DNA of 41,184 bases from a phage. The stretch is from the sequence record NC_093713.1. One strand, written 5' to 3'. The notes beneath the pieces are model-generated. The model was not told the origin of the DNA. It saw nothing but the letters and a program-made list of their open reading frames with translations, and made no database searches. Below are positions 1-9,213 of this stretch, one piece after another. Numbering within the stretch: position 1 is the first letter of the stretch; every line of letters starts with the position of its first letter. The translations under genes were made by a program, and so were the position numbers.

Positions 1-2
1 GA

Positions 3-746
3 CTTGCGGGAGTTCCGGAAGATGCGCCTCTCTGGACGGGAAGCCCGCCTTGCCAACCGTTTAGCGCGGCGGGAAAGCAACTCGGACAGTTCGACCCGAG
101 ACACCTCGCACCTGTGTTCCTCGACCTTATCAGCGAGTGCCGACCTCCAGTCCTCTTTGGGGAGCAGGTTGCGCCAGCAATTGCAAAATCGTGGATGTGC
201 GATTTACAAACTCACCTGGAAGGAGAAGACTACGCCGTCGGGTTTGCCGTACTCCCAGCTTGTAGCGTCGGCGCACCGCACAAACGCGACAGACTGTTCT
301 TCGGCGCGCACAGACTGGCCCACACCGGCGGTATCACTGATAACAAACGACGTGAACATGCGCAGCACAGACGGCAGGACGAAACCGAACAAACTGGGAT
401 GGGCCGCTGCGATGGCGGCTTGGCCTACACCGACAGCGAACGACTACAGGGGGAGCGGAGAGACAGTGATTCGCAAGGACGGGAAGGACAGGACATTCGA
501 CAGGCTGGACTACTCGACGGAGCAGGGTCTGAAAATAACACAACCTATTCGCATCACGGCTTCTGGTCAGATGCTGACTGGCTCGGATGCCGGGATGGGA
601 AATTCAGGCCAGTTGAACCCGGCGCATTCCCGCTGGCTAATGGGATACCCGCCAGAGTGGGACGATTGCGCGGTTATGGCAATGCCATCGTCCCGCAAGT
701 AGCCGCTGAATTTATAAAGGCATTCATGGGGGCGGTAAATGAGTAA
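3..746 (+). CDS. DNA (cytosine-5)-methyltransferase, 3' portion (N-terminus is at the window end, 41003..41184); conserved motifs are split between two reading frames
   Basis: Frame 3 carries PCQPFSAAG (motif IV), PHKRDRLFFGAH (motif VIII) and C-terminal GNAIVPQVAAEFIKA (motif X). Frame 1 carries WPTP repeats and LNPAHSRWLMGYPPEWD (motif IX-like). Both frames are open over ~700 bp. Confidence 0.6.
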   Translation, partial: LAGVPEDAPLWTGSPPCQPFSAAGKQLGQFDPRHLAPVFLDLISECRPPVLFGEQVAPAIAKSWMCDLQTHLEGEDYAVGFAVLPACSVGAPHKRDRLFFGAHRLAHTGGITDNKRREHAQHRRQDETEQTGMGRCDGGLAYTDSERLQGERRDSDSQGREGQDIRQAGLLDGAGSENNTTYSHHGFWSDADWLGCRDGKFRPVEPGAFPLANGIPARVGRLRGYGNAIVPQVAAEFIKAFMGAVNE

Positions 747-2163
747 GTTTCAAAGGCGCGAATACCAGAAGCTCATGACTTCGTTCATGCTGCGGCACCA
801 TCGCTGCAATATCTGGGCGAGCATGGGCAGCGGTAAGTCGGGGTCAACGTTGTGGGTTCTCAATCGACTGTTCCGTAATGGGCAACTTAATGACGACGAC
901 CGAGTGTTAATTCTGGCTCCTTTACGTGTTGCGTCAGGTACGTGGCCCGCGGAACAGGCATGTTGGAACTTCCCCTGTCTGAGTGTCGTAGACGCAACCG
1001 GTTCAGAGAAGCGCCGTATCGCGGCGCTGGAGTCAGATGCTAACGTGGTGTGCACAAACTACGAAGTTATCGAGTGGCTGATTGACTACTACGGCAAAGA
1101 CGACTGGCCTTTTACGGTTATCGTTGCTGATGAGAGCACGAAGCTGAAATCTTTCCGTAGCCGTTCTGGAGGAAGCAAACGGGCTAAGGCGCTAAGCAAA
1201 GTGGCGTTCGGAAAGGTTAAGCGTTTCATTAACCTGACAGGCACACCGTCGCCGAACGGCCTCAAGGACTTGTGGGGGCAGAACTGGTTTATCGACGCTG
1301 GCGAGCGCCTTGGTTCTTCGTACACGGCATTCACAGACCGCTGGTTTAACTCGGTACAGAAAGGGAAATCCGCGATGGCGCGGGAGTATCACGCACGACC
1401 GGGTGCGGATAATGAGATTCATCAGAAGATGAAAGACATTAGTCTCACGATTGACGCCGCCGAGTGGTTTGGATGTGAAGCGCCGATTATTGTACCAGTG
1501 GAAATTGACCTGCCGAAGAAAGCGCGTCAGGCATATACCGATATGGAGGAGAAGTTATTTGCGGAACTGGAGAGCGGAGAAGTGGAAGCGGCTAACGCGG
1601 CGGCGAAGACGTCGAAGTGTTTGCAGATTGCTTCTGGTGCTGTGTATGTATCAGGGCCAGACGGAGAAGCAACCAAAGACTGGGAGAAAGTGCACGACAC
1701 GAAACTGGATGCGCTGGAGTCAATTGTTGAGGAGTTACAGGGTGCTCCGCTACTGGTAGCCTATCAGTTCAAGCACGAACTGGAGCGTATCCTGAAACGT
1801 TTCCCGCAGGCGCAGGCATTCGCGAAAGGTGCTAAGGGTAATAAGCAGATGGAAGCATGGAACCGCGGCGAAATCGAAATCTTATGCGTGCATCCTGCGT
1901 CGGCCGGACATGGTTTGAATTTACAGGACGGCGGACATCATCTGGCATTCATCTCGCAAGGCTGGAACCTTGAGCACTATTTGCAGGTTGTCGAGCGCAT
2001 AGGCCCAGTTCGCCAGAAGCAGGCAGGCCACGAACGCCCGGTGTTCCTGTATCACATCGTTGCTAAAGACACACTGGACGAGGTTGTTGCCGCGCGTACC
2101 GACGAGAAGAAATCGGTACAGGAAGAGTTGCTTAACTACATGAAGAGACGAGGTAAGAAATGA
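739..2163 (+). CDS. SNF2/DEAD-like superfamily 2 helicase
   Basis: 474 aa; Walker A GSGKSGS, DExx-like VIVADEST, motif III LTGTPSPN; ATG with upstream G-rich SD; overlaps methyltransferase stop. Confidence 0.8.
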   Translation: MSKFQRREYQKLMTSFMLRHHRCNIWASMGSGKSGSTLWVLNRLFRNGQLNDDDRVLILAPLRVASGTWPAEQACWNFPCLSVVDATGSEKRRIAALESDANVVCTNYEVIEWLIDYYGKDDWPFTVIVADESTKLKSFRSRSGGSKRAKALSKVAFGKVKRFINLTGTPSPNGLKDLWGQNWFIDAGERLGSSYTAFTDRWFNSVQKGKSAMAREYHARPGADNEIHQKMKDISLTIDAAEWFGCEAPIIVPVEIDLPKKARQAYTDMEEKLFAELESGEVEAANAAAKTSKCLQIASGAVYVSGPDGEATKDWEKVHDTKLDALESIVEELQGAPLLVAYQFKHELERILKRFPQAQAFAKGAKGNKQMEAWNRGEIEILCVHPASAGHGLNLQDGGHHLAFISQGWNLEHYLQVVERIGPVRQKQAGHERPVFLYHIVAKDTLDEVVAARTDEKKSVQEELLNYMKRRGKK

Positions 2164-2297
2164 ACATAATAGCCCCGATTCCGGCATTACAAAAACGTAT
2201 CAAGGAACTTGAAGAAGAGGTTCTACGACTACGGCAGCAAAGAGACGCCGCTAATGCGCAACTGGCGTTTGTACTGGAGAAGTTATCGGAAGAGTAG
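2160..2297 (+). CDS. small coiled-coil protein (45 aa), hypothetical
   Basis: Hand-translated ORF MNIIAPIPALQKRIKELEEEVLRLRQQRDAANAQLAFVLEKLSEE; ATG overlaps helicase stop (ATGA); not in the ORF track because it is under 60 aa. Confidence 0.4.
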   Translation: MNIIAPIPALQKRIKELEEEVLRLRQQRDAANAQLAFVLEKLSEE

Positions 2298-2300
2298 AGA

Positions 2301-2333
2301 AAAGGCCCCGTTCGGGGCCTTAGTTTTATTTAT
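2301..2333. terminator. bidirectional rho-independent terminator between convergent helicase operon and tailspike
   Basis: AAGGCCCCG-TT-CGGGGCCTT stem with T-runs on both strands; near-identical sequence recurs at 14826..14856. Confidence 0.6.
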
Positions 2334-5280
2334 CTTCTAGTGCTGCCAACCTCTTATCGAACTCGCGCATCTTCTTACGCTGATAGGCAATCTCTATGAA
2401 GAACATCTGGTCCGCCCTAACCCCCCATCTGCCGCCGGGAGGGGATACTTGTACAGTCTGGCCATCTTCATCAATATCATACGCGGCTTCAATTGAGTCG
2501 TAGCACAAGAAAGCATATTTACAATCGGTAGAATCTTTCTCCATAAGCCCATGTTTGACCAAGATGTCTCGCACATCTTGGGCTATCACACCGAAGTGTA
2601 TCCTTGCCGTGTCGCCCTTGATTGCTAGGCTTTCAAGCCACTTAAAAGATATTACATGTATATCTTCCCATGCGGTAAGGAGTTGTCCCTCAATTTCCTC
2701 TTTGTTCGTCTTAAGCGTACCATCGGACGTGTTTATCGTACCGGTGGCCGCGTACACCGTAGTCCACCTGTTACCTGCCGAACCTAAAGACACTTGCGAG
2801 TCTAAGTAAGGAAGGAAATTGTTGAATGAGTAGAAGCCTCCTGACGCATACATAATAGCCCTGTTAGGCGTTGCATGGTTCGACCCGTACAGTTGCAGCA
2901 ACGCACCATCGGAACTGGACGCACCATCACCACCGCTAACTATCAGTCTTTGACTCGATGGGGTTTTAGTGGGGACTGTTTTTGAAATCAGCCCGTAATC
3001 ACCATCAAACCGTGCACGCACGGCAGACTGTTGTGTACCATCGTATTCCAGACCCGTTACATGCAGGGAGTACACGCTTACATCATTATCAAACGTTAAA
3101 GGTGCTTCTACATGACGTACACCATCTACCCCCATGACGACAGGTAGTGTACGGTTAGGCGTTGCTCCGTATTTGAAATCACGGGATACATACGGGTGGT
3201 CTTCAATCTTTATCCGGTAACTATATAAGTCAGCCGGATGCCCATCATGTTTGTACCATAACTTCGCACTGTTATCCCCTATGCTCCAGGGAGAGAAGAA
3301 GTCTTCCCCACCAAAGATATAGTACAACCAGCCATCTTTAACACAGACAGAGCCGACGCCGACAGCAGAGTTAACAATATGACCTTGATATATTTGGTCG
3401 GTAATATTAAACCACTGAACATCATCTAAAGATGAAGGCCAGGACGACACATTAACTTTGCACATAAAGGTCCGTGGATACGAACCTTCATAGCGGCGGT
3501 CCGGCTCGCCTCCTTCCCACTCGCCAAAGGCACGTTCTGTACCAAAGATGTAGAGATAGTCACCTACTTTAGCGAACGGAAGATTGGAGTGATGTACATT
3601 GTTCGGAAATCGCAAGTAGCTCCAGTTTTGCCCAGAATCGGTGCTCATCGCCAGTGTAGAGCCAGGGGAAGTAGGTAATGTGCCGCGTGTGGTAAGGTAG
3701 AGCACACCTCCATAACTTTTCACGCACGGTTCAGAAGCGTTATCAGCGTATGCCTGAGCGACAGTGCGACGAACGAATACGCCCGGGTTGTCATAAACGT
3801 TACTAAAATACAAGACGCCAAGACGACGAGGGGACACATCGCCGTTGTGGTAGCCGACAGCGATAGTGTAGTTAGTATCATCTATAACCGCAAAACTATG
3901 TGTCTCCGTGACACACAAATCAGCGTTAGTGGAGTATGCTACCCCCGGCAATTCGGTAATTTCCCACGGGCTGTCCCAGAATCGCGTTGCGAAGTTCCAG
4001 GCAACACCCGCATTGTTTATGGAGGAACTCGCAGGGCTTGAGAGCGTAACAGTGAACGTATTTCGGTTAATTATAGACGAAACCGTCATATTACCCGATA
4101 CGCCAGTTGCCGATGTATTAGAGAAGTTAACCGCATCTCCTGCTTTTAGGCCATGATTTTCTATGACAATGGTAGCAGTAGTGGAGCCAGAACTAATAGT
4201 TATTCCGCCGGTTGGGTGTCTGAAATACGGCATTGGGCGTGACCAAAGTTCTGCCTTCTTCATCCGCATATTAGATAAGTAGCGGGTTTCTATAACTGCA
4301 TATAATCGGTTGCCGCACGTACCCATGCTCATGCAGTGGTAGTTAACTCTGTCCGCAGAAACACTAGCATTATAGTCAGCATGGATTGGAGTCAACCACT
4401 CAGGCATTGACCAAGTCTGCCCGTCGTCACCAGAGCGAACCCAAGCTACATGTAAGTTTTGAACGCCATGTCGTTCGCCCGCCATAAACGGGGCGTAAAT
4501 AACATGGTCGTAGACGAAAGTTTTATCCTGCGTCCAAGCGTTGTAGAACGGGGTATCCGTCACCTTAGTTAGTGAGCCGTTAAAGAAGCCATCAGCTACA
4601 TAAGTAAGCGGTTGCCCGGCTACGCGCTCGTAAACGAATGCAGCATTCTTAAATTTACTAATGTCAGGTAATTGGGAAACTTTATAAGTCAAACCCCTGC
4701 CGTCTATAATCCAATTGTTGGGAGAAGCTGCTAATACATTAAAAATAGATTGAGTATCATCAGTTACACCGTCGCCCACGGCACCCCATGCGCGCGGGTC
4801 GTATTCGTCCTTCCATCGCGCCATATGTAAATCTGGGTACAGAATTGCACCGTTTACATCAGATATTTGCTGCCGCAGTATGACCGACCCGACGGGCTGC
4901 CACGCCCCATCTGCCACGCCACCGGTGGACTGCGGAGAAGATAACGCGGGGATAATTTTTGGTAGAGCACCCAACCAATAGTACCAATCCCCGTCACCGC
5001 CAGAGGACGACGGCCACAAAACTGCGGTGTTTCGGTCGTTAGCGGATAGTGTACCGCCTGACGTGAAATCAAAATCTGCCAGTTTAAAACCTGCGTCACG
5101 CAACACGGCGGGGAGTGTCTTCTGCGTCTGCCCTGTAACCTGATTTGTTGCGTAATCAATATCAGCACCAGTAGCAACACCACCGGATTTACCGGTGATA
5201 ACTTCGGCTTCGAAAATCTGGTGTTTCTTAGCGGTTTGTAAATCCGCCAGGCTTAAAACGTCACCGCATCCGCTTGACAT
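2326..5280 (-). CDS. tailspike, endosialidase-like, with C-terminal intramolecular chaperone (peptidase S74-like) domain
   Basis: 984 aa; two Asp-box motifs (SGDDGQTW, STDSGQNW); pectate-lyase-like WGAVGDGVTDDT; C-terminal GNRW...TINTSDGTLKTNKEEIEG resembling the autocleaving chaperone domain of endosialidase-type tailspikes; SD AGAGGA before the ATG. Confidence 0.7.
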   Translation of the reverse strand: MSSGCGDVLSLADLQTAKKHQIFEAEVITGKSGGVATGADIDYATNQVTGQTQKTLPAVLRDAGFKLADFDFTSGGTLSANDRNTAVLWPSSSGGDGDWYYWLGALPKIIPALSSPQSTGGVADGAWQPVGSVILRQQISDVNGAILYPDLHMARWKDEYDPRAWGAVGDGVTDDTQSIFNVLAASPNNWIIDGRGLTYKVSQLPDISKFKNAAFVYERVAGQPLTYVADGFFNGSLTKVTDTPFYNAWTQDKTFVYDHVIYAPFMAGERHGVQNLHVAWVRSGDDGQTWSMPEWLTPIHADYNASVSADRVNYHCMSMGTCGNRLYAVIETRYLSNMRMKKAELWSRPMPYFRHPTGGITISSGSTTATIVIENHGLKAGDAVNFSNTSATGVSGNMTVSSIINRNTFTVTLSSPASSSINNAGVAWNFATRFWDSPWEITELPGVAYSTNADLCVTETHSFAVIDDTNYTIAVGYHNGDVSPRRLGVLYFSNVYDNPGVFVRRTVAQAYADNASEPCVKSYGGVLYLTTRGTLPTSPGSTLAMSTDSGQNWSYLRFPNNVHHSNLPFAKVGDYLYIFGTERAFGEWEGGEPDRRYEGSYPRTFMCKVNVSSWPSSLDDVQWFNITDQIYQGHIVNSAVGVGSVCVKDGWLYYIFGGEDFFSPWSIGDNSAKLWYKHDGHPADLYSYRIKIEDHPYVSRDFKYGATPNRTLPVVMGVDGVRHVEAPLTFDNDVSVYSLHVTGLEYDGTQQSAVRARFDGDYGLISKTVPTKTPSSQRLIVSGGDGASSSDGALLQLYGSNHATPNRAIMYASGGFYSFNNFLPYLDSQVSLGSAGNRWTTVYAATGTINTSDGTLKTNKEEIEGQLLTAWEDIHVISFKWLESLAIKGDTARIHFGVIAQDVRDILVKHGLMEKDSTDCKYAFLCYDSIEAAYDIDEDGQTVQVSPPGGRWGVRADQMFFIEIAYQRKKMREFDKRLAALEDK

Positions 5281-5292
5281 ATAGAGTCCTCT

Positions 5293-7848
5293 TTAATTAA
5301 AACCATTGCTGAATCCGTCGGAGAAACCGCGGCCGTATGGCGCGACGCCGTCGTATTTATAGAATCCGTCGTCATAGTTGTAGCCCGTAATCTTGACCGT
5401 GCGGTCGTCGCCAGGGTCGATTGAAGAAACAACTATCTTCTGTGCATTATGCCTTGCTTCGTTGCCGAATGAAAACTCAGTTTTTAGTGCGCTATTCCCC
5501 GTGTAGATTGCCTCCTCCGGCGCGGAGAGCATAATCACCTCGCGGTCGTGACTTCCTTTGATAACGGAGATACTCTGTACGGAGCCGTCGCGCTTCTTAA
5601 GAATGATGGAGTGGTCGTCTCCGGGGGTAAACGTAACTGGCTGAGACAGTGTCAGCGTAAGCCCATTAACGGCGACAACATAACCATCCTGCGGCGCGAT
5701 ACGCGAGCCTTTAACCACGCTGATTACCCCTCCTGGGGTAGCGAGAGCACCTTCTTCCGTAGCTTCGAACTCTACGACAACTTTACTTAACGTGTTGCGC
5801 TGGTAGCGACGCCACGCCAGCCAATATGCCTGCTGATAGTTACGTACACCCTTCGATTCGTATTCCTCAGTGTTTGCACCGAGTTCTTCTGGGATATAAA
5901 TCGTCTCCTGTACGTTAGTATCCGGGTCGATGTATGAGAACGACAGGCTATCGTAAGTTGTCGAATCGTTGAACGTGCGTGTCCATTTCTCCGTGCCGGT
6001 AGTTTTGCTGCGGTGGGTGAACACCATCTCTGGCCCAGCAACCGGACGGTCGAAGCGCAACATAATATCCGCGCCTTTACGGTACGCAGTACAGAACACG
6101 GCTTCCGCTATAGTCTGAACGATGTCCTGCATCGTGGTGTCGTAGTCGTCGAACGTGTAGCAGAACTGCCCTGCCAATTCACTTCCGAAATAGGACTCAA
6201 TTTCTTCCTGCACAGCGAGTAACTTGTCCATGTTTGCGGTTGTCAGTTCTAAGTTACCTACCGCCGTGTCACGGGCCAGTCTGATTAGCGACTGCACGGC
6301 CTGAGTGTTTGGCGACATTACTGTATCGAATACCCCATTGCCGAGGTATTTGTAGCACATCTCGGTCGCAATCATGCGCAGTTCCGGGTTGTCGATACTT
6401 GCGGCCCGCGGCGTCTGTTTACGGGCGCAATGTACGGTAGTTCGGTTGCCGTAGTGCGGTGTGGTGTCCAGAGACTGACCGTACAGGTTGATGAAGGTTA
6501 TCTCGTCACTTACCGTGCCGTTGTAGTCTTTATCGAAATTCGTTATACGGCGCATGCGGGCGCGGAAACGCGATGCGGTTGGCAACTGCCCATAAATGGA
6601 CGTGCCGACGTAATCCGTGCTATTACCAGTAATCGTAGCCTGTACCGTGTAGATATCGCTCAACGGGTTGCGTTGAGAATCAATCATCTGGTACTGGAGT
6701 TCTACGGTTACGCTGGTGCGGTTATAGCCGCCGTCGTATTTGTAGAGGCCGTTCTGCCCGGCAACGTTAGCAAGCACCCGGTCAACTTCTCCGCGCACCA
6801 TGTAATACCAGTCTGTCAGGGATACGTCATAGGTGTTGCTAGGGCCGATAAACGTATCTGAACGCTCTGTTAGCGTGTACGTCCGCCCGCTGGTCAACGC
6901 GGCCCAGTTAGATGCACCGTTTACGGCTAATCTTACTTCGAAGTCGTCAACGTATAAAACCTCAAACGAGCCGTTCAGGTTAGTGACATCAGCAACGTCA
7001 AAGTTGCTCAGCACTGCCACATCACCGACGCTAAGAAACTCAGAAAAAGCAGAGTCACCCGACGGGTCATATAGGTAGCCGGTGGTCGAAATACGTTTGG
7101 CGGTTCCACCGGAGCTTGGGTTAGCCCCGATGTCGTTTGGCGCTTTCAGTACAATACCGTCAACGTCGTCGTTGGAGTATGTCACATAGAGTTTCTGGTC
7201 GATGACGTCGCCGATTTGTAGTTGCGGCGATGTGGTATTGTTCGGCGATGTATACGGCGCATACACGGCAACAGAGGAACCTGTGATGTCGCTTATCAGG
7301 GTGTCGCCCTCCGTGACGCCATCAGCCTCAATATGCAGATGTCCGCGCCCTGCGTCATAGTACGAATACTCCAGCAAAGCACCAGTGGAGTTGAACGCTT
7401 TATACGTCTGCATAAGGTCGTTAGGGATTGTCTGCACAGTCCCGCAGATGTCATAAGAGCGCTCGTAAGGGCGTGGTTTGTTTGAGCGGTCTGTGAGGCT
7501 GTTATTTGGCGATGTTGTCTGGTTGTTAGTCGCCGTATAGTTGGCGTTTGCGGACATGTTCAGGCCAAACAACTTAGCGATTGGCTTAAGGATAAAACCG
7601 AACACCTTACTAACTGCACCAAGCGCCCCGCTACCCGCACCCTCAATAATATGGTACACGGCGTCTTCGTCTTTAAGCGCTTCGAAGTCGTCTGTAACAT
7701 CAGTATCATCGCCAATCTCGCCGAGGTAGACGCGCACGGGCACACCGTCCGGAATACGGCTAACAACAAACTCCATCGGCATCCCGACGTGTTTTGTACG
7801 GTCGAAAGCGCCATCAGCGTTTCGCGTGTAGTGCAGGATTATCGCCAA
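5293..7848 (-). CDS. tail tip / central tail fibre protein (J-like host specificity protein)
   Basis: 851 aa; lies between distal tail genes and the tailspike; track start is TTG, in-frame ATGs at 7782/7776 are alternatives. Confidence 0.5.
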   Translation of the reverse strand: MAIILHYTRNADGAFDRTKHVGMPMEFVVSRIPDGVPVRVYLGEIGDDTDVTDDFEALKDEDAVYHIIEGAGSGALGAVSKVFGFILKPIAKLFGLNMSANANYTATNNQTTSPNNSLTDRSNKPRPYERSYDICGTVQTIPNDLMQTYKAFNSTGALLEYSYYDAGRGHLHIEADGVTEGDTLISDITGSSVAVYAPYTSPNNTTSPQLQIGDVIDQKLYVTYSNDDVDGIVLKAPNDIGANPSSGGTAKRISTTGYLYDPSGDSAFSEFLSVGDVAVLSNFDVADVTNLNGSFEVLYVDDFEVRLAVNGASNWAALTSGRTYTLTERSDTFIGPSNTYDVSLTDWYYMVRGEVDRVLANVAGQNGLYKYDGGYNRTSVTVELQYQMIDSQRNPLSDIYTVQATITGNSTDYVGTSIYGQLPTASRFRARMRRITNFDKDYNGTVSDEITFINLYGQSLDTTPHYGNRTTVHCARKQTPRAASIDNPELRMIATEMCYKYLGNGVFDTVMSPNTQAVQSLIRLARDTAVGNLELTTANMDKLLAVQEEIESYFGSELAGQFCYTFDDYDTTMQDIVQTIAEAVFCTAYRKGADIMLRFDRPVAGPEMVFTHRSKTTGTEKWTRTFNDSTTYDSLSFSYIDPDTNVQETIYIPEELGANTEEYESKGVRNYQQAYWLAWRRYQRNTLSKVVVEFEATEEGALATPGGVISVVKGSRIAPQDGYVVAVNGLTLTLSQPVTFTPGDDHSIILKKRDGSVQSISVIKGSHDREVIMLSAPEEAIYTGNSALKTEFSFGNEARHNAQKIVVSSIDPGDDRTVKITGYNYDDGFYKYDGVAPYGRGFSDGFSNGFN

Positions 7849-8204
7849 AATTCAATCTCCGTGTACGTGTCTCTGAGGTCCGCCAGCCTGTCAAGCCGTA
7901 CCTGACGAGAAGCAAGCTCGCAATGGCTAACCATCCCGTCGAAGTATACTCCTGCGTGCCACACGATACGTCCCCCGCGGCGATACCCCATAAGCACCGC
8001 GCAGAAGTTTTCAGGCTTATCAATTTTTGTAAGCCCCTTCGTGTCACGGTGGCCTTCGTCAAACGCTTCGTTAATCGCCGTTGGGCTTGTAACGTCGAAC
8101 GCCGGTGTCTCTAACCCGGCATCCGCGCGGACAATGCGCACGTGATGCCAGCAATTTCGTTTGCGAAAGTCGTATGGTATGCCCGTGTAGTCGTTAATAT
8201 TCAT
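7839..8204 (-). CDS. tail assembly protein, NlpC/P60-like papain-fold peptidase (lambda K-like)
   Basis: 121 aa; candidate catalytic Cys in NCWHHV and His in WHAGVY; position between minor tail genes and J-like gene. Confidence 0.45.
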   Translation of the reverse strand: MNINDYTGIPYDFRKRNCWHHVRIVRADAGLETPAFDVTSPTAINEAFDEGHRDTKGLTKIDKPENFCAVLMGYRRGGRIVWHAGVYFDGMVSHCELASRQVRLDRLADLRDTYTEIEFWR

Positions 8205-8716
8205 GTGGTCAACAGGCCGCGTAGTAACGGTATCTCTTTAGGTGTCATCAGTATACCAGTGCTTCGTTGGTTCAGCATAGGTGTACCGACATCTGCGGAG
8301 AACTCGCCCTTCTCTTGGTTGATGGCCTGCAACTCATACACTACAGGGCCGTCAGCCGGATAAGACAGGTCTGTGCTAACGTAGCGGCGGAATACGAACT
8401 TCGGCAACTCGGTGTTACTCATCGGGATTTTATCCATCTCATCGTCAAGTTGATTGAAAATATCCGGTAAAGTAAACGTCGTCGTCTGGTCCATATCACT
8501 GTTGTTAGCGGCCCCCGACGCCTCCATCGGGGTTGGCTCAAACGTGATAGTTTCGCCTGTCTCCAGTGTTGCCGTAAGTTCCTGTAGCCCGCGCACAAGA
8601 TAGTATGTCTTTGACAGCAACGGGTGGCTGATTTGCAACGTGATGTAATCCATCTCGCCGTCGGGATTTGAAGCCAGCTTACGGCGATAGGCTGCTTCTA
8701 CTGATTCCTGGCTCAT
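8201..8716 (-). CDS. minor tail protein (lambda L-like position)
   Basis: ATG at 8716 overlaps upstream stop (ATGA); the track ORF extends to a TTG at 8731. Confidence 0.45.
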   Translation of the reverse strand: MSQESVEAAYRRKLASNPDGEMDYITLQISHPLLSKTYYLVRGLQELTATLETGETITFEPTPMEASGAANNSDMDQTTTFTLPDIFNQLDDEMDKIPMSNTELPKFVFRRYVSTDLSYPADGPVVYELQAINQEKGEFSADVGTPMLNQRSTGILMTPKEIPLLRGLLTT

Positions 8717-9213
8717 TGCATCGGGTCCCAAATTCGTGGAAACGTTGATTGTGCAGTTCCGTAGGCTTTAAGGAAACACCCCAGCCCGTCACCATAGCAA
8801 CCGTACAAATCCGGCAGATTGTTAATCAGGCACTGGTTCTCCAGGTCCTGAAACGGCGATTTCTCGGCGGTTGCCGTGAAGGTAATTGTCCAGTTAATGC
8901 CGTCTTCGGTGGACTCCGCGATGGTGGACGTGATGGTTACCTGATAATCCTCGATACCCATGCCGAAGTCGTGCGCCATCCAGAAACTTGACGCACCACC
9001 ATCGACTTTCTCAAGGAACGACAGAAACGCTTGCCGCCCCAGCGCCGATGTGAGCAGGGTTACGCTTATCGGGAACACGTCGTAATACGTGTCACGACCC
9101 TGACGTACCCCGCCGCCAGCTAAATCTACACTCCAGACGTTGTTACGTCTGGTCATCGAGTAGCCTTTCGATACAATTGGCTTAAGGCTACGTGGGAAAT
9201 ATAAGTCGCTCAT
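8713..9213 (-). CDS. minor / distal tail protein (lambda M-like position)
   Basis: 166 aa immediately downstream of tape measure; start overlaps tape measure stop (TAATG). Confidence 0.45.
   Translation of the reverse strand: MSDLYFPRSLKPIVSKGYSMTRRNNVWSVDLAGGGVRQGRDTYYDVFPISVTLLTSALGRQAFLSFLEKVDGGASSFWMAHDFGMGIEDYQVTITSTIAESTEDGINWTITFTATAEKSPFQDLENQCLINNLPDLYGCYGDGLGCFLKAYGTAQSTFPRIWDPMQ

Noticed and set aside
4-702. 232 aa ORF in frame 1 as an independent gene
   Set aside because: Its N-terminal ~100 residues are an Arg/Ser-rich off-frame translation of the methyltransferase region; only its middle part carries methyltransferase motifs. Treated as part of the frame-switching methyltransferase.
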